Shown here piece by piece: positions 18,030 to 33,057 of a stretch of DNA of 64,000 bases. The number at the start of each line of letters is the position of its first letter. The first letter of the stretch is position 1. The position numbers and the translations under genes were made by a program. The notes under the pieces were generated by a model, which worked only from the letters and a program-made list of their open reading frames with translations, made no database searches and was not told the DNA's origin. The stretch comes from the human T2T-CHM13v2.0 reference genome, Homo sapiens. The stretch lies in NCBI RefSeq assembly GCF_009914755.1, contig NC_060945.1; one strand, given 5' to 3'.

Positions 18030-18992
18030 TGAAGGGGAGGCCTGCCCTTCCACACCTGTGGGTGTTTCTCGTCAGGTGGAACTAGAGACTGAGAAAAGAA
18101 AGAGACACAGAGACAAAGTATAGACAAAGAAAATTGGGCTCAGGGGACCAGCGCTCAGCATGCGGAGGACCCGCGCGGGCACTGGTCTCTGAGTTCCCTC
18201 AGTATTTATTGATCATTATCTCTACCATCTTGGAGAGGGGGATATGGCAGGACAATAAGGTAATGGTGGAGAGAGGGTCAGCAGGAAAACATGTGAAGAA
18301 ATGTCTCTGTGTCATAAACAAGGTTAGAAAATGCGCTGTGCCTTGATGTGCACGTATACAAACATCTGGGTGCATTAAAGAGCAGTATTGCCGCCAGCAT
18401 GTCTCAACTCCAGCCCTGAGGTGGTTTTCTCCTATCTCAGTAAATAGAACATACAATCGGTTTTTACACCAAGACATTCCATTGCCCAGGGATGAGCAGG
18501 AGACAGATGGCTTCATCTTATCTCAACTGCAAAGAGGCCTTCCTCTTTTACTAATCCTCCTCAGCACAGACCCTTTATGGGTGTCGGGCTGGAGAATGGC
18601 CAAGTCTTTACCTTCCCAGGAGGCCATATCTGAGGCTATCACGTGGGGAGAAACATTGGACAATAACTGGTTTTCCTAGGCAGAGGTCCCTGTTGCCTTC
18701 CACAGTGTATTGTGTCCCTGGGTACTTGGGATTAGAGAGTGGTGATGAATTTTAACAAGCTTACTGCCTTCAAGCACTTTTTTAACAAAGCACATTCTGC
18801 ATAGCGCTAAATTCATTAAATCGTGACTCAACACATCACAAGTCTCTGTGAGCACAGGGTTGGGGCTAGGGTTACAGATTAACAGCATCTCAAGGCAGAA
18901 TAATTTTTCTTAGTGCAGAACAAAATGGAGTCTTTTATGTCTACTTCTTTCTACATAGACACAGTAACAGTCTGATCTCTCTTTTCCACACA
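18030..18992 (-). mobile_element. HERV-K(HML-2) solo LTR, older LTR5A/LTR5B type
   Basis: tgaaggggaggcctgcccttccacacctgtggg...cagtaacagtctgatctctcttttccacaca; ~960 bp; poly(A) signal (tttatt) at ~18205; degenerate TSD tttcaa/tttctg. Confidence 0.92.
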
Positions 18993-19043
18993 TTTCTGTA
19001 TCCTGAGATCATGGTCATTTCCTTGACTATCTATTCTGCCTCA

Positions 19044-20950
19044 ATTTCCCCCTAAGAGACCTTAGGGTCAAAATCATATTGGAGGTTGAGGGGCTAGGTC
19101 ATTTTTTCTGGAGCTGTTTCCTGCTGAGTGGGTGTTATTTCTGCCTAGCCTGGGCCCTAAAATTTCTTCCTGTGTTATCTAACTGGGTGTAAACCATGTC
19201 ATTCGTGGAGCCAGTGGGCAAGATGTTGGCAGCAAAGGTTGAAAGCCTTGCAAAACCATCATGCAAACATGGAGTTGCCGTAAGCAAGACAGCAAGAAAT
19301 CAGTTAACATTTTAAACAAAATTGGAACAAAAGTAAAAGCTGAAAGTATAGTAATGACTGTTACTATTAAAGAGAGTAAGGCAGGTAACAGACATTGCTT
19401 TCATGTTCCCATGGAAGTTCCTAGAGATTCAATTTTGTCTGCCTGGGTGATGACATTATTAACATTTTCTTGGATTAAACCAGGCTGATTGATCTCAAAA
19501 ACAGCATTCTTCTTTTAGATGTAAACATCCTCCTCTTTGCCTAGCTGGGAGAAGATCCCAGGCTCTTTGGTTTTGTCGGACTACAGTGGCCATGGAGTCC
19601 AGATGTTGTTGAAATCTATTGAGGCCCTCTGCTGCTTGTTGCAGACCCATTGAGGCTTTCTGAGATAGTTTATACTGGATTCCCAAGGCTCCACCTTATG
19701 GTGACATTTGTGCTGCAAAAGTATTTTGCATTAACATTTTGAAAGCAACAAATGCTTTAAGTATTTTCTATTTTTTGCCAATAAGCAAAATTTTGTGCAG
19801 CTAAGTTGGCAGCAGTCATTCGGTTCGTTTATGGATGGTGCAGTTGAACGGTGGTCAAAGTTAGAGCCTGGAAGCCTTCAGTAAATGCGCTGAAGTTGTC
19901 TGAGGGCCATCAGAGTTGTTGCTTATATTGTATTAGATCATTTATTGAGAGTAGAACAAGCACACTGGTGGACCTCTCTCCATTTGGGACTTTCTGTACG
20001 GGGAGAAATTTCTCTGGCCCTGGATGGTGTGAAGTCTCACTGTAACTGCAGCTGGGCTGGTCTCTATTGTATCTGGCAAAGGCCGATAGAGAGGAGCATA
20101 AGGAGGAGGTTAAACAAGCTTAGATTCTACAGAAGACTCTGATAGTTTGGAGACGCTGGGGATTCTAAAGGAGGTGTGTGCCCCTGAGGGCCCCTATCTG
20201 GAGCTGGTGTTGGGCTGTGGGGTCTGAGGTCCCTTCCCCTTAATAAGAGATGATCTTCTAATGGTTCTGAGGGGCTTTCTGGCTTACTAGGCTTTAGCCC
20301 ACAGGTGCTGCATAGAGCTGGGTTTTGTTGTCAGGCCAGAAAGTCTTGCACATAGGATACTTCAGACCATTTTCCCTGATTTCCACAGAAACCATCTAGC
20401 TGGAGGATGGAGTTAAAGTTCACAGTCTCATTCTCCAGCCATGTTTTGTCAGCTAATCTGTAGGCAGGGTAAATAGTGTTACAAAAGAAGATAAGGTTTT
20501 CTTTTTTCTAAGTTTATTTAACCAAAAGCTGTTCAAATTTTTAGATATACATCCCAGGGGTGTTTCAGTGACAGTAGAGGAAGTGGCTCCCACGGTGCCG
20601 AGAGAATCGTGCAACAACAGAACATTTACTGAAGACCAGAAGGCTGTGGGCATCCTCATGAGCCAAGTGGAACCACCATGGTGTCCAGCTCATCCCCTTG
20701 AAACCCCATTAACTGAAGCTCAAGGAGGTCATAGGCATTTGCTATACACCATCCTAGCTCTCACCAGTGGTAGACATCTCTAGCCCTACCAAGATGACCC
20801 CCACTGCTGGCTGGGGGGCAGATGTCTGGCTGACAAGGCTTGCCCAAATTCACTGGTTTGCCATTTGAGATGCCCGATTATAACACCTGGAATGCTCAGA
20901 TGCAATCCCTATGACCGGGCATCTACATGACTGTGCATCTTTTGTTCAGT
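19044..20950 (-). mobile_element. ERV1 internal remnant: env TM fragment (~19200-19700) and gag N-terminal fragment (~20300-20570); no pol seen
   Basis: ORF 19495-19686 'LDSMATVVRQNQRAWDLLPARQRGGCLHLKEECCF' = immunosuppressive domain plus CX6CC; ORF 20453-20659 'TPLGCISKNLNSFWLNKLRKKK' resembles ERV9/HERV-W-like matrix. Confidence 0.85.
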
Positions 20951-21161
20951 AAAGAAAGCCTGTTTGGGGAGGAGCCAAGATGGCTGAATAGGAACAGCTC
21001 CGGTCTACAACTCCCAGCGTGAGCGACACAGAAGACGGGTGATTTCTGCATTTCCATCTGAGGTACCGGGTTCATCCCACTAGGGAGTGCCAGACAGTGG
21101 GCTCAGGTCAATGGGTGCACACACCGTGCAAGAGCCGAAGCAGGGCAAGGCATTGCCTCAC

Positions 21162-21416
21162 TCAGGAAGTGCAAGGGGTCAGGGAGTTCCCTTTCCTAGT
21201 CAAAGAAAGGGGTGACGGACGGCACCTGGAAAATCGGGTCACTCTCACCCGAATACTGCACTTTTCCGACGGGCTTAAAAAACGGTGCACCACGGGATTA
21301 TATCCCGCACCTGGCTCGGAAGGTCCTACACCCACGGAGTCTCGCTGATTGCTAGCGCAGCAGTCTGAGATCAAACTGCAAGGCCGCAGCGAGGCTGGGG
21401 GAGGGGCACCCGCCAT
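21162..21416 (-). CDS. ORF0: L1 ORF0 (antisense ORF in the 5' UTR), open, 84 aa
   Basis: ATG at 21416; MAGAPPPASLRPCSLISDCCASNQRDSVGVGPSEPG...TRFSRC matches recalled ORF0; both CCAG|GTGC donor-like sites present (~21309, ~21226). Expression unknown. Confidence 0.75.
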   Translation of the reverse strand: MAGAPPPASLRPCSLISDCCASNQRDSVGVGPSEPGAGYNPVVHRFLSPSEKCSIRVRVTRFSRCRPSPLSLTRKGNSLTPCTS

Positions 21417-21870
21417 CGCCCAGGCTTGCTTAGGTAAACAAAGCAGCCTGAAAACTAGAACTGGGTGGAGCTCACCACAGCTCAAGGAGGCCTGCCTGCC
21501 TCTGTAGGCTCCACTTCTGGGGGCAGGGCACAGACAAACAAAAAGACAGCAGTAACTTCTGCAGACTTAAATGTCCCTGTCTGACAGCTTTGAAGAGAGC
21601 AGTGGTTCTCCCAGTATGCAACTGGAGATCTGAGAAGGGGCAGACTGCCTCCTCAAGTGGGTCCCTGACCCCTGACCACCGAGCAGCCTAACTGGGAGGC
21701 ACCCCCTAACAGGGGCACACTGACACCTCACACGGCAGTGTACTCCAACAGACCTGCAGCTGAGGGTCCTCTCGGTTAGAATGAAAACTAACAAACAGAA
21801 AGGACATCCACACAAAAGCCCATCTGTACATCACCATCATCAAAGACCAAAAGGAGATAAAACCACAAAG

Positions 21871-22887
21871 ATGGGGAAAAAACAGAACAGAAAAACTGGA
21901 AACTCTAAAAAGCAGAGTGCCACTCCTCCTCCAAAGGAACGCAGTTCCTCACCAGCAACGGAACAAAGCTGGATGGAGAATGACTTTGACGAGCTGAAAG
22001 AAGAAGGCTTCAGACGATCAAATTACTCTGAGCTATGGGAGTACATTCAAACCAAAGGCAAAGAAGTTGAAAACTTTGAAAAAAATTTAGAAGAATGTAT
22101 AACTAGAATAACCAATACAGAGAAGTGCTTAAAGGAGCTCATGGAGCTGAAAACCAAGGCTTGAGAACTACGTGAAGAATGCAGAAGCCTCAGGAGCCGA
22201 TGCGATCAACTGGAAGAAAGGTTATCAGCGATGGAAGATGAAATGAATGAAATGAAGCGAGAAGGGAAGTTTAGAGAAAAAAGAATAAAAAGAAATGAGC
22301 AAAGCCTCCAAGAAATAAGGGACTATGTGAAAAGACCAAATCTACGTCTGCTTGGTGTACCTGAAAGTGATGGGGAGAAAGGAACCAAGATGGAAAACAC
22401 TCTGCAGGATATTATCCAGGAGAACTTCCCCAATCTAGCAAGGCAGGCCAACATTCAGATTCAGGAAATACAGAGAACGCCACAAAGATACTCCTTGAGA
22501 AGAGCAACTCCAAGACACATAATTGTCAGATTCACAAAAGTTGAAATGAAGGAAAAAATGTTAAGGGCAGCCAGACAGAAAGGTCGGGTTACCCTCAAAG
22601 GGAAGCCCATCAGATGAACAGCGGATCTCTCGGCAGAAACCCTACAAGCCAGAAGAGAGTGGGGGCCAATATTCAACATTCTTAAAGAAAAGAATTTTCA
22701 ACCCAGAATTTCATATCCAGCCAAACTAAGCTTCATAAGTGAAGGAGAAATAAAATCCTTTACAGACAAGCAAATGCTGACAGATTTTGTCACCACCAGG
22801 CCTGCCTTAAAAGAGCTCCTGAAGGAAGCGCTAAACATGGAAAGGAACAACCGATACCAGCCACTGCAAAATCATGCCAAAATGTAA
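21871..22887 (+). pseudogene. L1 ORF1p, disrupted
   Basis: MGKKQNRKTGNSK...; premature stops at 22162-22164 and 22615-22617. Confidence 0.95.
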
Positions 22888-22950
22888 AGTTCATCGAGAC
22901 TAGGAAGAAACTGCATCAACTAACGAGCAAAATAACCAGCTAACATCATC

Positions 22951-26782
<3,832 letters not shown>

Positions 26783-27049
26783 ACAATGAGATCACATGGA
26801 CACAGGAAGGGGAACATCACACTCTGGAGACTGTTGTGGGGTGGGGGGAGGGGGGAGGGATAGCATTGGGAGATATACCTAATGCTAGATGACGAGTTAG
26901 TGGGTGCAGCGCACCAGCATGGCACATGTATACATATGTAACTAACCTGCACAATGTGCACATGTACCCTAAAACTTAAAGTATAATAAAAAAAAGAAAA
27001 AAACATAAAAAAATAAAAAGAAAAATTAAAAAGAAAAAAAAAGCCTGTT

Positions 27050-27979
27050 GAAGAACAATTTTAAGGAGCTGGGAAATGCATAAAGCCTGAACGGACAGGG
27101 TTCTCTTAATGTGCCGCTCAAAACAAAACAAAAATTTTTGTGAACAGAAAACCTGACCAGAAAAATACATTACAATGACCACTAGGTGGCGATGGAGTAT
27201 TGCTGAAGGGACAGGAAACAATAAGCTGAGTCTGAACTGTGGCCAGAAAGATGTGAAACTAAGCAGCAAAGCAGCCCAAATATGAAATATTGATTGCAAC
27301 CTATGTGGTTAGTTTATTTATCGATACCACAGAAGTAGCAGCCAAAAGGAGAGCGGACATATATTCTCTCTCTAAAGAATAAAGTTGACTTAAAAACGTT
27401 TCCCCCAGAACTTTACTGAAATAGCACTGGAACAAGCAGCGATAGTTAACCAGGGAGTCTGGAACTGCCATAGTATTCACTGAAAGAAAAGGGAAACTGA
27501 AATTAATGAAGCAGACAAACCTCTCCCCAGGTCATGATACCAGAAATGTTGATGGCTGATGTAATACCTTGGTTCTTATCTTCTTAGTTAAAAAGAATTT
27601 AAACAAGAGACACACAGCAAAAGAAGTACAGCATAATTTATTGCAAAAAAAAAGAGAATATTTTGAAAATTAATTGCAGAATAGACGGTACAGTCTGAGA
27701 AAGAGATTCCAGGGCAGCCTGCTCATAAAAGTGAGACAGCGCTAATTATTGCTGGAGAAACCCCCTTTATGGGAGTTTTGCATGATTATTCATAAGAAGG
27801 TGGAAAGAAGCGTTGCAGAAAGCATGTTCTGTACACATTTGTGCATACAATGCTTGTCTCATTAGCATCTTAAATCTCCACCCAGGAATGTGTTTTTTAC
27901 TGTTAAAATAAACAAAGGGTCAGGTTGCATTCTAAAATGCAAATGCTTTTTAGAAGTAAAAGCCCCTACTGATGATAGC
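27050..27979 (-). mobile_element. ERV1 leader, PBS-like site and truncated 5' LTR (27547-27979)
   Basis: tgttgatggctgatgtaataccttggttc... aligns with 17179 onward, similarity stops at ~27979; minus-strand tggtatcatgacctgggg directly follows the LTR (His/Phe-like PBS, decayed). Confidence 0.8.
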
Positions 27980-28749
27980 GGGTTTCAAATGACCCCAAGT
28001 GCTCCACATCTTAAAAGTTGCTCCCATAAAGCTGGAACACTATCTGTTCCTGAGGTATCAGGTCCCATATGTGGCTCTGAGTTACTGGCAAGCCAGGCCT
28101 GACTTGAGATGAGACCATTAATTTCAAGTGTAAAATGCCTAAATAGTCAGCAACTTCAGGTTGCATTTTGGAGCTTGTCCACTTAAATGGGTTGATGAAA
28201 ATGGCTCACAAGACTCACGCTTCGGAGTCTAAGCAGATTTTGTGCAACCCAATAATTAAACTTCTGATGACTAGACTTTCACAGTTGTGAAAAAGGCGAC
28301 TTTGAGAGTGATATTTCCAGGAAGCCACAGCCCTTGTCACCCCCTGCAGAGCTCTGAAGCTGCTCACAAGCAGGCCAGGTGAAAGATTTCTCTCAAAAAC
28401 GGTTGAGTGCGTGCTCTGGCTAGAGAAAAAAGAGGGCTGCGGCATAATGGACAGTGTCTCGGACATCAGGAAAGTTTACACAGCAGTTTAGGAAAAAAGG
28501 CAGCGCCTAGGGCTGCAGAAGACGTAATGCTCTGGAAAGAACCCTGGGTGCAATTGAAAGAGGAACCTGAGAATGATAGGCTCAATCGGGTGAGGACAAA
28601 GCGGCCATTTGGGAAAAGGGAAGGTGTCTTCGTAGAGTAATACCCTCCTCAATGCCCAGCCCAGACCTGCCCTCCAGGTGCACCTCTGTACTCACTCTCC
28701 TTGCAAAGAGTCGGCATAGCATAAGAACTCAGCAGTGCTTTGGACTCCG

Positions 28750-29680
28750 GGAAGTCCACACCACTCTGACCCTTCCTCCAGGGCTATGCACCCCGGATCC
28801 TGGTACATGCTGGGAGTATAGTTCTGAAGCCTAACGACAAACAGACTGAAAGTAGTTAACGGACTACAGCTCCCAGCATATTAGGTGGGGCGCGTACCAA
28901 TCTGCCCCTTCTTCCAGGTCTGTGCCTCGCCCTGGAGCCTGGCGCATGCTGGGATTGTAGTCCTGTAGCCCTTTGACAAAGGGTTGGGAGTGTTTATGAG
29001 AATACATCTTCCAGCAATCCTAGGGAGGCGCACACAGCCCAGTCTCTTCCTCCAGTGACACGCATTGTCCCTGAGACTAGTGCATGCTAAGATTGTAGTC
29101 CTGCAGCTCTTAGAGGAAAGGGCTGGAAGAGTTTATGAGCATATATCTCCCAGCAAACCTAGGGAGATGCACACAGCCCCGTTTATTTTTCCAGTGAAGC
29201 GCACTGTCCCTGACCCCGGTGAATACTGGGATGGTAGTCCTGTAGCCACGGGACCGGAAAGTCTGGGAGTCTTTATGAAACTACATCTCCCAGCAAGTAG
29301 AAGGAGGCACCCACAGTCCGGTCTCTTCCACCAGTAATGGGCACTGTCCCCGAGCTGTGTGCATGCTGGGACTGTAGTCTTGCAGCCCGGTGATGAAAGG
29401 GCTGGGAGTTTATGAGACTACATCTCCCAGCAAGCCCACCGAGGCGCGCATGGCCCTGCCTCTTCCTCCAGTGACGCGCACTTTCCCTAAGTCCGTTGCA
29501 TGCTAGGATTGTAGTGTTGCAGCCCTGTAACCAAAGGACTGGGAGCGTTTATGAGACTGCATCTCCCAGCAAGACCAGCGAGAAGTGCGGAGCGTCGTCC
29601 CTTCCTCCAGAGATTAGCGCACTCTCCCTGAGCCTGGTGCATTCTGAGATTGCAGTGCTGCAGCCCTGTGACCAAAGAGC
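28750..29680. repeat. ~139-bp tandem repeat, ~7 diverged copies, each with two opposed ZNF143/SBS-like motifs
   Basis: (gca)tgctgggattgtagt-like words at 28808, 28947, 29085, 29224, 29364, 29501, 29642; actacatctcccagca-like words at 28863, ~29002, ~29140, 29280, 29417, 29556. Confidence 0.9.
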
Positions 29681-29889
29681 TTTGTTATAGTTATCTGTGA
29701 AGTATTCAACAAACTACTTTACTTAATTATTACTGGAAGCCAGAACCTCAGTTGCGTTCACTTTTTGGATTTTATATGAGTGAAATTGTATAATATTTAT
29801 ACTTTTACATCGACTTTCTTCTATGCAACATTATAATTACGGTATTAACTCATGATATTGCAGATAGCTATAGTTTGTTTATTTAAAAA

Positions 29890-31055
29890 TTATTTTTTTT
29901 ACTTTGTGGTAAAGTGTACATCAAATTAACCATTTTAGCTATTGTAAGTGTGCAGCTCAGAAAAATTAACTACATTCACATTGTTTTGCAACTATCATTC
30001 CCATTTATAGGGACCTTCTTTCAACTTGCAGAAACAAAACTCTATACCCATTAAATAAGCTCCTTGTTACTCCCCCTCAGGCTCCTAGGAACCACTCTTC
30101 TACTTGGGTTTCTAGTATTTCTTTACTCTAAGTATCTTATAATTGGAATGATTCAGTATTTGTTCTTTTATGACTGGCTCGTGTCACTTTGCACAATGTC
30201 CTTAAGGTTCATGCATGACATACCATGTGTCAGAATTTCCTTATTTTACATAGCTGAATAATATTCCACTGTATGTATAAATCACATTTTATCTATTAAT
30301 TCACTGATGGTAATTCAAACAACACTTGAGTAATTCAAACAGCTTTCTGGTGATGTGAGTAATGTTGCTGTGAACCTAGGTGTACGTGTATTATTTTCTG
30401 TCTTTGCTTTCCTATCTTTTGCTACATACCTAGATGTGAAATTGCTGGATCGTATGGTGAAATTACGTGTAAATTTTTTAGTTACTATGTTGTTATTTTA
30501 TAGTAGCTGTAGCATTTTACATTTCCACCAACAGTGTACAAGGGTTCTAATTGCTCCACATCCTCACCAACACTTGTGATTTTCTGTTTTGTTTTCTTTC
30601 TTTTGGTAGTAGCTATGCTGATGGGTATTAAGTGATATGTCATTTGGGGTTAGATTTGCATTTCACTAATGATGAGTTTTGTTGAGCATCTTTTCATGTG
30701 CTTATTAGCCACTTTACATAATTTTTAGAGAAATGTCTGCTTAGGATTTTTGCCAATATTTTAAACAGGTAGCTTGTGTTATTGTTGCTGAATTGTTCTT
30801 TGCGTATTCTGGATAGATTCTGATTCATCTATTTTTCTTTTGTTTCATGTGTTTTGGTTGTCCTGTTTAAAAAAAAAAAAACACTGCCAAATCCAGTGTA
30901 TGACATGTTTCCCCTATATTTTGTTCTAAGAATTTTGTAGTTTTAGTTCTTACATTTAGGTATTTGATCCAGTTAGTTAATTTTTTCTTATGGTATAAGT
31001 GAAGGGCCCAGGTTCATTCTTTTACTTATGGGTACCCAATTTCGCCAGCACCGTT
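29890..31055 (-). mobile_element. Old LINE-1 (L1MB-like) 3' fragment
   Basis: Antisense L1 text 'aaattaaccattttagctattgtaagtgtgcagctcag...tgaataatattccactgtatg...ccacatcctcaccaacacttg'. Confidence 0.8.
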
Positions 31056-31299
31056 CTGCCTCTGACTGTCGGTCCTGTGTGGGTTTACTTGGAGGTGCTT
31101 TGCCTTGGAGAAAGGAGGCGGGTGGACAGTCGGGGGGCAATACAGCCCTGATAACACCTTGACTTAAGCCCAGTAAGACACGTGAGCAACAGGCCCCCTT
31201 GCAGAGGGCAAAGCAAAGTGGAATCCGAAACCACACTTCAGTCGGCCTAAGTGTGACTCCTGTGAGGACGGGACTATCCGCCTCGCGCTCCTTTGCAGG

Positions 31300-32261
31300 C
31301 TCAACGTGGGGCTATCTCATCTGTGAACCATGTGGATGAAAAATGGACAACCACCCGAGTCTCGGCTCATTGCTCTCTGGGCGATTCTCTCATTCCCTGG
31401 GAGACGAAATTCGTCTGAATCGCTCCCGGATGAAGTAATCCAGGCTGGTGATCTGGAGGGCCGGTGAGCGCCCCGCAGGCCAACGCGGCTGTGGGCCGAC
31501 CACTTAGACCGCACTGGGCACCCAACATTTTTCCTTAGTGCGAGTTCCTGCTGGTCCTGGAGGCAGAAGACCGCTTTTCTCTCTGCCTTCCTTTCTCTGT
31601 CCCTTCCTTCCTCCCTCCTTCCCTCTCTTCCTCCTTTTATCCCTCCATCCCTTCCAAGGTCCCTCCGTCCATCCGTTCTTTCCTCCCTCCATCGCTCCCT
31701 CCCTCTCTGTCTCCGTTCGTCTCCTGCTCTCTGCCTGAGTTCCCTCCCGCGTAGAAAGGGCAGCACCCCGGTTTGCGCGGGGACTCTGGTCTGCATTTAG
31801 CTGTCAGGCGCTCCACGGTGATGGCGAGGAAGCTGGCGGGGCACGGGTAGGCGAGTGACGGTGGCGGGGGGAGGCAGAGGCGGCGAGACGGGGAAAGAAG
31901 AGCATGCCTGGCGGCTGCCCGCGTCAGTGTTTCCCGAGATGGGGGTCTCCGCCCACTGTACTGAAGAACGCGGGTGGGTGGGGGGAAAAGGGATGAGAGC
32001 TCCGCCTGGACTAGTTAGAAAACCTAGGCTGCTGCCTGCAAACCCGCGCATGAGCAGTAGACAGTCTACCTCCCGGTACCTGGACGGGCTCTGGGATCCC
32101 CGGGATGCTCGGGAAAGAATGACGGCCCTCCACTGTGTGGGGTCTCTCACGGGACCTGGAACTCAGAGATCCTAGGCAGGTCAGCTGGAAGGGAAGACAC
32201 GCCTCTCCATACCGAGTCAGAGGTTCACCACGAAAGAGAGGCCGCCGCCCCAACCCCGCGC
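31300..32261 (-). repeat. D4Z4-like sequence downstream of the DUX4 stop (GC-rich and GGA-rich segments)
   Basis: Minus strand 'cattctttcccgagcatcccggggatcccagagcccgtccaggtacc' matches the recalled D4Z4 unit end; KpnI site GGTACC at 32075-32080; left boundary approximate. Confidence 0.85.
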
Positions 32262-33056
32262 CTAAAGCTCCTCCAGCAGAGCCCTGTGTTCTTCCTGGCT
32301 GAGGAGTGGTTCCAGCGGAGCGGGCTCTTCCACGTCCTTCAGCTCCCCCAGTGGAGCCGGATCTAGGAAAGGTTGTGCCTTTTGCTGAAACTCTAGGGTC
32401 GACAGGAGCTCATCTAATAGGCTGGGAGTGAGTGCAGACCAGCGTCTTGGCTCCTGGAGTGGTTGAGAGGCGCCTGAATGGCTTGCATCTGTGCTTGACG
32501 CGGAGGCCTCCGGGGTCACGAGCTTCGGAGGTGGAGGTGCCCAGTCTTTGGTTTCCCACGCAGCCCTGGCGACCTGGGGCTCCAGTCCCACCGCAGACTC
32601 TGGTGGGACGTGGGTGGCGCAAGCACATCTTGGCCCTGAGACTCAGCTTGAGGGGGCCCAAGCTGTCCCACTGAGCAAGCGCCCAGCAGGCCGCCGTGCT
32701 GTGGGTCCTGGTCCTCCTGGCATTTGTTGGGGTGCGGAGGCCACCGAGGAGTCTGAGGGTGGGACAACCCCACTGCCGGAGGAGCCAGGGCAGCGAACAC
32801 AAAATCCTCGCATGCCGGGGCAGTTTGGGAGATTCCTTCTGCCTGTGCAGCCTGGCTGGGCTGGCACGGCTGGCTGGGGCAGGGCCTGGCTCGGTCAGGG
32901 CCAGGCTGGGCCAGGCCTTGCTGCCTGGCTCACGAAAGCCCCCTGTGGGAGAGCCCCAGGCGCGCAGGCTGTGTGGGGTGTGGGAAGCCCCGTTCCCCAC
33001 GCCTGGGTGTGGGTGAAGTCTAGTGAGGAGGGAGGAGTGTGACATCCCCCGGGGGT
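32262..33056 (-). pseudogene. DUX4L: DUX4-like pseudogene fragment lacking both homeoboxes
   Basis: [29 protein letters not shown] (post-homeodomain-2 region) and C-terminus LLDELL..EFQQKAQPFL..PLLSQEEHRALLEEL* versus DUX4 LLDELL...LSEEEYRALLEEL*; frameshifts in between. Confidence 0.93.
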
Positions 33057-33057
33057 G

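Larger units (their letters stand above)
17179..19043 (-). mobile_element. 3' LTR of an ERV1 (MER4-group, possibly MER83-like) provirus, interrupted by Alu and LTR5
   Basis: Starts tgttgacagctgatg, ends ...ctattctgcctca; adjacent minus-strand polypurine tract agggggaaat at 19044-19053; homologous to 27547-27979. Family name is tentative. Confidence 0.8.

Noticed and set aside
28750-29680. CRISPR-like array (also considered for 42409-42720 and 51594-51785)
   Set aside because: Whole units repeat with no unique spacers; primate DNA with no cas genes
31300-33056. Functional DUX4 gene or D4Z4 macrosatellite array
   Set aside because: Single partial unit, no homeoboxes, internal frameshifts
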